Source: an uncultured delta proteobacterium (lineage in GTDB: Bacteria; Desulfobacterota; Binatia; Binatales; Binataceae). From it: DNA of 64,000 bases. The stretch's first letter is position 1. Each line of letters opens with the position of its first letter. Where the stretch lies: contig CAVRVY010000003.1 of NCBI GenBank assembly GCA_963724765.1, forward strand, positions 1,024,001-1,088,000, given 5' to 3'. The notes beneath the pieces are model-generated. The model was not told the origin of the DNA. It did no database searches and saw nothing but the letters and a program-made list of their open reading frames with translations. Below are positions 1 to 8,038 of the stretch, piece by piece. Both the position numbers and the translations under genes were made by a program.

Positions 1-1656
1 CCCGTAATCGCAGATCGCGCAAGTGAGATAGAGCGGCGGCTGATGGTGCCCGCCCTCGGCCGCCATCAGGCCCGAACGCGCCTGCAACAGCGGGTCGAAG
101 CCGGGCTGGTTGTGTTCCGGGCCCCGATTGCCGAAGCCGTTGACCGACATGTAGATGAGGCGCGGATTGATCGCCGAGAGCGACTGGTAGTCCAGCTCAA
201 AGCGGCGCATCCTGCCCGGCCGCAGATTCTCGACCACGATGTCGGCGCGGCGCACCAGGCCGTGGATTATCTCGCGCCCCTCGGGCGTGGCGAGGTCGAG
301 CGAAAGCGCGCGCTTGCCCTGGTTCCATCCGAGAAAGCCGAAACCGAAGTGGCGGAACGCGTCGCCCTCGAGGCTTTCGATCTTGATCACGTCGGCGCCC
401 ATCTGACCGAGGATCATCGGGCCGTATGAGCCGGCGATGTAGCTGCAGAAGTCGAGCACCAGCAGGCCGTCGAGCGGCCCGCGGTCGAATCTGCCGTCGC
501 GCGGGGAGCCGTTGTGTGAGCGCGACGGCGGCGCGGCGAGCCATCCCTCGACGGTGCGATCATCTTTTGCCGCCGGCGCCGGCCCGGCGATTTCGCCCGG
601 CGTGAGCTCGAGTCCCACCGCGATGCCGCCCTGGATCGTCGCGCCGAGCGTGGGATCGTCGATCGCGCGACGCATCCCGAGCGCGTCCACCTGCGGATGG
701 TTGATGAATTCGCTGCGCGAGAGCACCGGCGCGCATGGAATGTCGTTCTCGCGCAGGATGCGGAGCCATTCTTCACGCGGGCGGGTCGAAATTATCTCCT
801 GCAGCAGATCCTTGAGAGCTTGGCGATGCTGCGTAGGCACGCCCCACGGCGCGCCCTCGAAGCGGGGGTCGGAAACCAGTTCGGGCCGATCGATCGCCAG
901 CGCCAGCTTGTTCCAGAACGTCACGTTGCCGCAGGCCACGAACAGATACTGGTCGTCGGCGGCGCGAAACAGCCGGTAGCAGGGAATCGGGCCGAGCGGG
1001 TCGAGCGGCCCTTCATACATGCGGGTCATGTTCTCGTGGCGCATGATGCCGCCGGTCTGGAGCGAAAATGCGCCGGCCAGTAGCGAAACCTCGACAACTT
1101 GTCCGCGCCGGTTTCCGCTGCCGCCATCGTCGCGCGCACACAACGCCGCGACCGCCGCGGTCGCGCCGAGCACGCCGGCCGAATAGCTAGCGGCGGGAAA
1201 ATGCAGCGCCACCGGATTTCCGCTGAGCGCCCACTGGCTGCCGTAGATGCCGCCGAGTGCGGAGGCTAACTCATCGCTGGCGTCGAAGTCGGCGAGCGGG
1301 CCGCGATTTCCGAGTGGGGGAACGTGCAGCACGACCAGGTGTGGATTGATGCGGCTGAGCGCTGCGCAATCGAGTTCAAGCTCGCGCATCCGCGCCTCAG
1401 TCCATCCGAACACCGCCACGTCGGCCCATCGAAGAAGGCGCTCGACCCGAGCGCGCTCGGCCTGGACGTCGAAAGACAGCGCGCGCTTGCTCCGATTCAG
1501 CGCGTGAAAGTGCGCCGTGCCGCGTCCGCGAGCGCCCCCTGGCGGTTCCACCAGGATGGCGCGCGCACCCTGCTCGGCAAGCAGCATCGCGGCATAGGCG
1601 GCGCCGTGGTTGGAGCTGAATTCGACCAGGTTGATGCCTTCGAGAGCCTTATTCAT
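1..1656 (-). CDS. Family III (CaiB/BaiF) CoA-transferase with two tandem domains; 3' end lies outside the window
   Basis: Not in the ORF track because it runs off the edge. Manual translation from ATG at 1656 gives MNKALEGINLVEFSS...LLAEQGARAILVEPPGG...LNRSKRAL, then a second repeat GPLDGLLVLDFCSYIAGSYGPMILGQMGADVIKIES...WNQGKRALSLDL...ADIVVENLRPG...CAICDYG. Confidence 0.92.
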   Translation of the reverse strand, partial: MNKALEGINLVEFSSNHGAAYAAMLLAEQGARAILVEPPGGARGRGTAHFHALNRSKRALSFDVQAERARVERLLRWADVAVFGWTEARMRELELDCAALSRINPHLVVLHVPPLGNRGPLADFDASDELASALGGIYGSQWALSGNPVALHFPAASYSAGVLGATAAVAALCARDDGGSGNRRGQVVEVSLLAGAFSLQTGGIMRHENMTRMYEGPLDPLGPIPCYRLFRAADDQYLFVACGNVTFWNKLALAIDRPELVSDPRFEGAPWGVPTQHRQALKDLLQEIISTRPREEWLRILRENDIPCAPVLSRSEFINHPQVDALGMRRAIDDPTLGATIQGGIAVGLELTPGEIAGPAPAAKDDRTVEGWLAAPPSRSHNGSPRDGRFDRGPLDGLLVLDFCSYIAGSYGPMILGQMGADVIKIESLEGDAFRHFGFGFLGWNQGKRALSLDLATPEGREIIHGLVRRADIVVENLRPGRMRRFELDYQSLSAINPRLIYMSVNGFGNRGPEHNQPGFDPLLQARSGLMAAEGGHHQPPLYLTCAICDYG

Positions 1657-1793
1657 CAAAGCTGCTCCGCGTTAACTTGGCTTCGCGCGAACTGCGGGCA
1701 GTCGAAATTCTCACGAGGCGGGCGGCGCGTGCAAGCGCTCGAAAACAGCAGTTCCGTCATTGCGAGTGGCCGCACGCGGATGAATTCAACCCC

Positions 1794-1824
1794 GCATAAC
1801 GGTGGCGTAACCGGCGCTTAACCT
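1794..1824 (+). promoter_or_regulatory. Three direct repeats with 11-bp period (GCATAAC/GCGTAAC/GCTTAAC), putative PhoB/OmpR-family (Pho box-like) site
   Basis: Repeats start at 1794, 1805 and 1816. The last reads CTTAACCT, like SphR-type Pho box units. It lies upstream of a cluster ending in pstS. Confidence 0.5.
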
Positions 1825-1944
1825 TTGCACTTTAAAACACCCCGCGTGGGCAGTATCCCTACGCGGGACCGCTGTCACTACGCTCAAAAAACTAGGCAAG
1901 GATGGTCGCGCTCGACTTGGGGCAGCGACAACGCAGGGGGTCAA

Positions 1945-2715
1945 ATGAAGCTAGGAGGAGTTGGTCGATTCGGGTTGGGACTGGTCGCTGGCGCAGCGCT
2001 GGCTATAGCCACGGGATGCGCCTCGACGGCCGGATGGGGTCCGACGCCGCCGGTGACGGCTACGTCGCCATCGGCGGGGCACGGGGCACCCCGATTCGCA
2101 GAGACGTCGGGACTAGGGGCTTTCACCTGGCGAGAGACCGAAGTGCCGCCATGGGTCCGCGTGCAGGACTGCGCGATCGTAGCGATCTCTTCGCCCGATC
2201 GCTGGGCCTGCCCTGACGGGAAGGTCTACACCAGCTCTGATCTAGCCCGGGCGCGGACCCGCGAGTATGAACTTCCGCCGCTACCGCCGCCAGCGCCCAT
2301 TGTCCTGACCGCATATCCGGAGCAGCCATCCGCGCCGGTGGAAAAGATGGTTCTGCGCGGCGTGCACTTCGATTTTAACAAGGCGGACATCCGTGCCCAG
2401 GACGCGGCCGTTCTGGACGAGGCCGCGGAAACCCTGAAGGCACACCCGGACGTGGCGGTCGCCGCAAATGGGTACTGCGACTCTATCGGCGGGGTTAGAT
2501 ACAACCTGAGGCTTTCTCAACGCCGGGCCGACGCAGTTGTGAGGTACCTGGCCGACCACGGCATCGCGGAAAGCCGACTGAGCCCGCACGGCTTCGGCAA
2601 GACGGACTTCGTTGCCAGTAACAGTACCGAGGAAGGACGCGCCCAGAACCGCAGGGTCGAACTGGTGCCGAACCAGGGCGGCGGGCGGGTGTTCATCATG
2701 GGAGTTCCACAGTAA
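1945..2715 (+). CDS. Lipoprotein with N-terminal two-Cys domain and C-terminal OmpA-like peptidoglycan-binding domain
   Basis: RBS GGGGG then ATG at 1945; lipobox IATGC; OmpA motifs VHFDFNKADI, GYCDSIG, NLRLSQRRADAV, GRAQNRRVE. Confidence 0.88.
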   Translation: MKLGGVGRFGLGLVAGAALAIATGCASTAGWGPTPPVTATSPSAGHGAPRFAETSGLGAFTWRETEVPPWVRVQDCAIVAISSPDRWACPDGKVYTSSDLARARTREYELPPLPPPAPIVLTAYPEQPSAPVEKMVLRGVHFDFNKADIRAQDAAVLDEAAETLKAHPDVAVAANGYCDSIGGVRYNLRLSQRRADAVVRYLADHGIAESRLSPHGFGKTDFVASNSTEEGRAQNRRVELVPNQGGGRVFIMGVPQ

Positions 2716-2752
2716 GCCGGCAAAGTCCGTTCCGGTCATCGCAGGGGGTCAA

Positions 2753-3091
2753 ATGAAGAGAGGACGAATTGGTCGATTCTGTTTGGCAGTGATCGCCGGC
2801 GCGACGCTGGGATTGGCCACCGGATGCGCATCGATAAACCTATCGAGGGCCGGATGGGGTCCGGCGCCGCCGAACACTGGCGCTCCGGTCGCGGCGCAGC
2901 AAGGCGCACCCCGGTTCACCGAGACTACCACGATGCACCTGACCGACAAGGAGCAGGCGGCGAAGCCGCCGTCGTGGATACGGGTGCAGGACTGCGCGAT
3001 CGTGGCGATCTCGACGCCGAGCCGCTACGCCTGCCCCGACGGCAAGGTCTACACCGGCACCGAGCTCTACCAGGCTCGGTCCGGCAGTTAG
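2753..3091 (+). CDS. Small lipoprotein paralogous to the N-terminal part of the preceding OmpA protein
   Basis: Same upstream GCAGGGGGTCAAATGAAG; lipobox LATGC; shared motif W(I/V)RVQDCAIVAISxPxR(Y/W)ACPDGKVYT. Confidence 0.8.
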   Translation: MKRGRIGRFCLAVIAGATLGLATGCASINLSRAGWGPAPPNTGAPVAAQQGAPRFTETTTMHLTDKEQAAKPPSWIRVQDCAIVAISTPSRYACPDGKVYTGTELYQARSGS

Positions 3092-3220
3092 GCGGGATCA
3101 GTGAGATCGCCTGACAGCGCAAGCACATTGGGCCGCCGCAAGGGTGGCGGTAAGGCAGGTCGCCTCACGGCGACGGGGGTCAGTCGGTACAACGGCCGAA
3201 CAGCCGAGGAGAGAGGGTCA

Positions 3221-4978
3221 ATGAAACGTAAAAGGTTACATACTCTAGCGCTCGCGATCATAGTCGTCGGCGCCGTCGCCGCGGTGGGGCCGCAGCGCGC
3301 TGCCGCGCAGGTTCCGGGCAGCGGCGGAGTGAAGCTATGGGTCGACCAGCGGACCGGCCAGGTCTTCGTGCGGCCTGGCGCCGGGCGCGTTCCACTGTCG
3401 CTGACGACCGCGGATGAAAACACGATCGAGCAGCAGGTCGAGCAGAAGGTCCAGGCCAGGACCGACGCGCAGATAAAGGCGCAGGTCCAGCAGAGCGCCG
3501 CACAACTACAGGAGCAGAACCAGGTACTGGCAACTCAGGTCGAACAGATGGAGCCGGCCTGGAAGAGCTACATGGATGATTTCCATGACAAGTTCCGGCT
3601 GGGTGCGGTTTTCTACGGCGACTACCGTTTCTATACCAACACCGGGTTCCAGCCGCAGGAGTTGACCCAGTTGACCAACCTGGGTCCAGGCAACAACAAT
3701 TACAACTCGTTCGACATTACCCGCACCTATCTCAATTTCTTCTTCTTTCCGACCAAGGATTGGACGCTCCGCATAACGCCGAACATGTACAAGACTATCG
3801 GCTCGTCCAACAACAAGGTCGGCCAGACCACAGGGTTCGGCAGCAATCTGGACGGCGACCTCGGCGTGCGTATCAAGTACGCCTCGCTGGCGTACAGCGG
3901 GCTGTGGGACCAGGTTCCGATGCTCAAGGGTGGGACGGTTTCAATCGGCGAAATCCCCAACCCGCTGGTCGATTGGGAAGAGCAACTCTACGGATTCCGC
4001 TTTGTCAACCTGACACCGTGGAACTGGCTGAGCCTCTCTTCGACACAGGTCGGCGTGTCGATGCAAGGACCGGTCAAGTTCAACGATAAGATGTACTTCG
4101 ACTACGACATCGGCGCCTACGACAACTCGAGCTTTCACGCCTTCGAGCAGACCGACACCAAGCAATTCATGGTGCGCGGGAGCTTTTACCCGTTCGGCAC
4201 GAACTGGCGCTACGACGGACTGGGTATAACCGGTTTCTATAACTATGGCTACGGCAACACGGCGCCCGATACGGCGAATCTGCCGACGGCGCTTAAGGGT
4301 GGCGACGCGCACATCCAGAGGATCGCGGCGCTAGTGCATTACACCGCCTACAATTGGGGCTTGGCGGGCGAGTACGATGCAGGCCGCAACGCGTTCCAGG
4401 CTTCCAACCTGTGGTCCGGCAGCGGTCCGGCCGACGCGTTTGGCTTCCCGACCGGCAAGGCGATCACCTCGGGTACCTTCGCTGGCAACACCTGCGGCAA
4501 CAACACTACGGTCATTGTGAAGGGCAAACCAACAATCATCCAGCCTTGCTATCCGATATTTAACACCTTCGGACCGCAGGCGGATGCGCAAACGGCGATC
4601 CTCAACAATGGCCAGGCGGATCAGCAGGGTTTCGACTTCTTCGGGCATTTCCATATTCCGGAAACCCCACTCACCGCGTTCGGCATGTTCCAGTGGTTGT
4701 TGCCTAACACGAATTTCTCGAACGATCCTCTGGACTTTTACCGCTGGGTCTTCGGTATAAGCTACCAGTACAACGAGTATCTGCGCTTCGCAATCGACAA
4801 CCAGAACATCTCCTACTACCACAGCCAGCAGTCGATTCCGATCTCGGTGCTGAAACCCTTCGGCTATGCGCCGGGCGGCACTTTCAACGGCCAGACGCTG
4901 CCCAAGACCGGCAGCATCCCGGACATGGTGCAGCGCGATACGCACTCCATATTCGCCAACGTGGAGTTCAGCTACTGA
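3221..4978 (+). CDS. Secreted outer-membrane beta-barrel protein, putative phosphate/anion porin
   Basis: Signal peptide (AAA-Q), Q-rich coiled coil, aromatic-rich amphipathic strands, C-terminal ...NVEFSY barrel signature; directly upstream of pstS. Confidence 0.72.
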   Translation: MKRKRLHTLALAIIVVGAVAAVGPQRAAAQVPGSGGVKLWVDQRTGQVFVRPGAGRVPLSLTTADENTIEQQVEQKVQARTDAQIKAQVQQSAAQLQEQNQVLATQVEQMEPAWKSYMDDFHDKFRLGAVFYGDYRFYTNTGFQPQELTQLTNLGPGNNNYNSFDITRTYLNFFFFPTKDWTLRITPNMYKTIGSSNNKVGQTTGFGSNLDGDLGVRIKYASLAYSGLWDQVPMLKGGTVSIGEIPNPLVDWEEQLYGFRFVNLTPWNWLSLSSTQVGVSMQGPVKFNDKMYFDYDIGAYDNSSFHAFEQTDTKQFMVRGSFYPFGTNWRYDGLGITGFYNYGYGNTAPDTANLPTALKGGDAHIQRIAALVHYTAYNWGLAGEYDAGRNAFQASNLWSGSGPADAFGFPTGKAITSGTFAGNTCGNNTTVIVKGKPTIIQPCYPIFNTFGPQADAQTAILNNGQADQQGFDFFGHFHIPETPLTAFGMFQWLLPNTNFSNDPLDFYRWVFGISYQYNEYLRFAIDNQNISYYHSQQSIPISVLKPFGYAPGGTFNGQTLPKTGSIPDMVQRDTHSIFANVEFSY

Positions 4979-5135
4979 GATAGTTCTCGTTCCCCGGCCA
5001 CGGCGGCGGCGTGGATGAGTCCTCCCCGGCTCATCTGCGGCCGCCGCCGCATTTCTTCGGACAACCAGATGCTGTATGTAAGGGTTCAAAGGGCGAATAC
5101 AAAATAGTCTGCGGCAAAAAATAGAGGAAAAGCAA

Positions 5136-6197
5136 TTGAACGGACGGGTTCGCAGTTTGGCGGCGTATAGTTTTAAACCATCGATCCTGTTGTTGGGCGG
5201 AGCGATTGTTCTCGCTGTCGCCGCCCAGGTGTGTATCGCGGCGCTGCGCTTAACCGGAGCCGGCGCCACGTTTCCCTATCCGATGTATTCGAAGTGGTTC
5301 GACCAGTATCACAAACTGCATCCGGACATTGAGGTCAACTACCAGTCGATCGGATCGGGCGGCGGAATCAGGCAGGTGACTGACGGAACCGTCGACTTTG
5401 GCGCCACGGACGGCCCGATGAGCGACGAACAAATCAAGGCATTCAAGGATAAGCATCAGTTCGGCATCCTGCATTTTCCGACCGTGATCGGCGCCGTCGT
5501 TCCGTCCTATGACCTGCCGGGTGTCAAAGGGCCGCTCAACTTCACTCCCGAAATGCTCGCCGGAATTTTCCTGGGCAAGATCACGAAATGGAACGATCCG
5601 GCGCTGGTCAAGATCAACCCCGGCGCGGGCCTTCCCGATAGCGGCATCGTGGTGGCGCATCGCGCCGATGGCAGCGGGACGACCTACGTGTGGACTGACT
5701 ATCTGAGCAAAGTCAGCGATGAATGGGCCAAGAACGTCGGCAAAGGCACGGCGGTCAAATGGCCGGCCGGATTGGGCGGCAAGGGCAATGAGGGAGTCGC
5801 CGCGATCATCAAGAATACGCCGAACTCGATCGGCTACGTCGAACTGATCTATGCGCTGAGGAGCGACATGCCTTACGGCGAGGTGCAGAACAAGGCGGGC
5901 AAGTTCATCAAGGGCTCGCTTGCGACGGCCAGCGCCGCCGCGGCCGGGGTCAAGATGCCGGATGACTTCAGGGTGTCGATCACCAACTCCGCCGCATCCG
6001 ACGCCTATCCCATCACCAGCTTCACCTGGTTGCTGATCCCCCAAAAGATTTCCGATCCGGCCAAGAAAACGGCTATAACGAATCTGCTGAAATGGATTCT
6101 TACAACCGGCCAGGGGATGACCTCAAAGCTGTCCTACGCGCCGCTGCCGAAGGTGGTGGTGGACAAGGAACTGAGGGCCATATCGCTCATTCAATAA
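5136..6197 (+). CDS. pstS: Phosphate ABC transporter substrate-binding protein PstS
   Basis: LTGAGATFPYP, NYQSIGSGGG, VDFGATD, HRADGSGTT, GKGNEGVA, YPITSFTW. Confidence 0.96.
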   Translation: MNGRVRSLAAYSFKPSILLLGGAIVLAVAAQVCIAALRLTGAGATFPYPMYSKWFDQYHKLHPDIEVNYQSIGSGGGIRQVTDGTVDFGATDGPMSDEQIKAFKDKHQFGILHFPTVIGAVVPSYDLPGVKGPLNFTPEMLAGIFLGKITKWNDPALVKINPGAGLPDSGIVVAHRADGSGTTYVWTDYLSKVSDEWAKNVGKGTAVKWPAGLGGKGNEGVAAIIKNTPNSIGYVELIYALRSDMPYGEVQNKAGKFIKGSLATASAAAAGVKMPDDFRVSITNSAASDAYPITSFTWLLIPQKISDPAKKTAITNLLKWILTTGQGMTSKLSYAPLPKVVVDKELRAISLIQ

Positions 6198-6226
6198 GCA
6201 AGGGGTCGCGGCCGCATCTTTCAGGC

Positions 6227-6652
6227 GTGCCACGGCCGTCGCGTCGCGTGGCAGCGGCCTTCGCGCTGGCGGTGGCCGCACTGCTCGCCGGATGCTTCAT
6301 GCAGGAGACGCCGCAGCAGCGCGCCGAGCGGATCGAGCCGATGCTGGCGGCGGCCGGCTTCCACGTGCTGCCCGCCGATACGCCCGCGCGGCTCGCCGAG
6401 ACCCAGCGGCTGACGCCGCTCAAGGTCCGCTACTACATCGACAACGGCAAGCCGCGCTACTGGTTCAACGATCCGGTTAACTGCCACTGCGTTTACGTCG
6501 GCGGCGAAAAGAACTACCAGCAGTATGAGCAGATAAGGTTGAGCCAGCAGGCCGCCCGGCAGGAAAAGGAGGCGGCGGAGATGAACGAAGAGGCGGCGCA
6601 GCAAGAGCAGATGAACATGATGCTGTGGCCGGGCCCGTTCGTGATGTACTGA
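6227..6652 (+). CDS. Hypothetical lipoprotein
   Basis: GTG at 6227 in frame with ORF 6092..6652; lipobox LLAGC; LAAAGF..PADTP and CHCVYVG motifs; high-GC coding bias. Confidence 0.7.
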   Translation: MPRPSRRVAAAFALAVAALLAGCFMQETPQQRAERIEPMLAAAGFHVLPADTPARLAETQRLTPLKVRYYIDNGKPRYWFNDPVNCHCVYVGGEKNYQQYEQIRLSQQAARQEKEAAEMNEEAAQQEQMNMMLWPGPFVMY

Positions 6653-6811
6653 CCTCGCCCGCTAACCTGGCCTCGGGCGCGCGCTCAACGTGGGTCGCGG
6701 CCAAGTAATCGACGGCGCCATATACCTGCGGCAGCAAGTCGTCGGCGAAGCGGAGTCGGCGCTGCAGTCTCTGAGGATGAACGATTGCGGCAGAATTGCT
6801 CAAGCGAGCGG

Positions 6812-8038
6812 TTAGCGCGATACGGTATCGGTCAACGCCTGCCTCCGGGGCTGAGGCTCCATGGTTGCGTGCACCTTCATGCCGTTGCGCAAATCACCGC
6901 TGAAGGAAGCGACGACCAAATCGTTCATAGCCAGTCCCGAGGTGATTTCGATGTAGTCAGGACTGGTAATGCCGGTTCGGACTTGGGTCTCGGCCAATTG
7001 CCCGTTTTTAACCACGAAGACGGAGGCTTTCGAACCTTCCTGGTTAACCGCGGCGATAGGCAGCCGCATCGCATCGGGATGCGCAAGGAGAACGAGCTTT
7101 ACTTGCGCGTACATCCGCGGATAGAGCACCCCAGTGGGGTTGGCAATATCGATCTCGGTGAGCATGGTGCGAGTGCTAAGGTCAAGCGCCGTTGCATAGC
7201 GGCTCACTGAAGCGGTAACGGAAACGCCAGGCAAGTCGTCGAAGGTCAGAGTGGCGGGGGTGCCACGCCGGATGTAACGGCACCATCTTCCCGAGACGTA
7301 AACGTAAACCCGTAATTTGTCCATTTTAGCGAGGGTCAAAATGGGCCCTCCGCCAATTCGATGGCCGCCAGCGCCTTCGGTGGCACCCGGCGAGATTAGG
7401 GCCGAACTCTCGCTTACGCCAATGTCGCCGCCGCCTGCACGAACAAGGGCGCCGGGGTCGACAAAGCGCCCGGTGACGATTCCGTCGAAGGGCGCGACGA
7501 TACGGGTATAGCCAACCATCGTTTGGAGGGTATGAACCGAGGCCTGAGCCTGGCGGTACTTGGCGTTGGCGACGTCAACATCCTGTTGAGCGATCAGCCG
7601 CGCATCGGAGCTTTGCACGCGGCGCAACCTTTGGTAGGTAATCTGGTCAATCGCCATCCTGGCCTGCGCCTGTTCCAGGTCGGAATGAAGTTCAGGCACT
7701 TCAATTGTGGCGAGGACTTGGCCGGCTTTGACCCGATCACCCTTATCGACGGAAATCGAGGCTAAGTATCCTGTGACTTTGGAGTGTAAAGCAGCTTCGT
7801 AGAAGCCGACCAGGTCGCCCGGAAGCTCGATACTCAGCGACATTGGGCCGCGCTCGGGATGGATGACGCCGACCGTTCGTTCGGCTGGAGGCTTGGCGAT
7901 TTCTGGTTGCTTACCGCATCCGAGGAGGGCAAGGCCAGCGCAGAGCAAGACGAGCCCGGTCAATCCGCGGATGCCAAAAGTGCGGCCTCCGCTTTTACAG
8001 GAATGGAAAAAAGGCTCCTGAACTTGCTGGACGATCAT
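6812..8038 (-). CDS. RND efflux periplasmic adaptor (membrane fusion protein)
   Basis: Lipobox LLGC; SKVTGYL..ISVDKGDRVKAGQVLA; IVAPFDGIVT; overlaps the permease stop codon. Confidence 0.93.
   Translation of the reverse strand: MIVQQVQEPFFHSCKSGGRTFGIRGLTGLVLLCAGLALLGCGKQPEIAKPPAERTVGVIHPERGPMSLSIELPGDLVGFYEAALHSKVTGYLASISVDKGDRVKAGQVLATIEVPELHSDLEQAQARMAIDQITYQRLRRVQSSDARLIAQQDVDVANAKYRQAQASVHTLQTMVGYTRIVAPFDGIVTGRFVDPGALVRAGGGDIGVSESSALISPGATEGAGGHRIGGGPILTLAKMDKLRVYVYVSGRWCRYIRRGTPATLTFDDLPGVSVTASVSRYATALDLSTRTMLTEIDIANPTGVLYPRMYAQVKLVLLAHPDAMRLPIAAVNQEGSKASVFVVKNGQLAETQVRTGITSPDYIEITSGLAMNDLVVASFSGDLRNGMKVHATMEPQPRRQALTDTVSR

Noticed and set aside
6655-6810. Possible gene fragment (LLPQVYGAVDYLAA) between the lipoprotein and the RND adaptor
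   Set aside because: Too short and nonspecific; its ORF overlaps the convergent lipoprotein gene.
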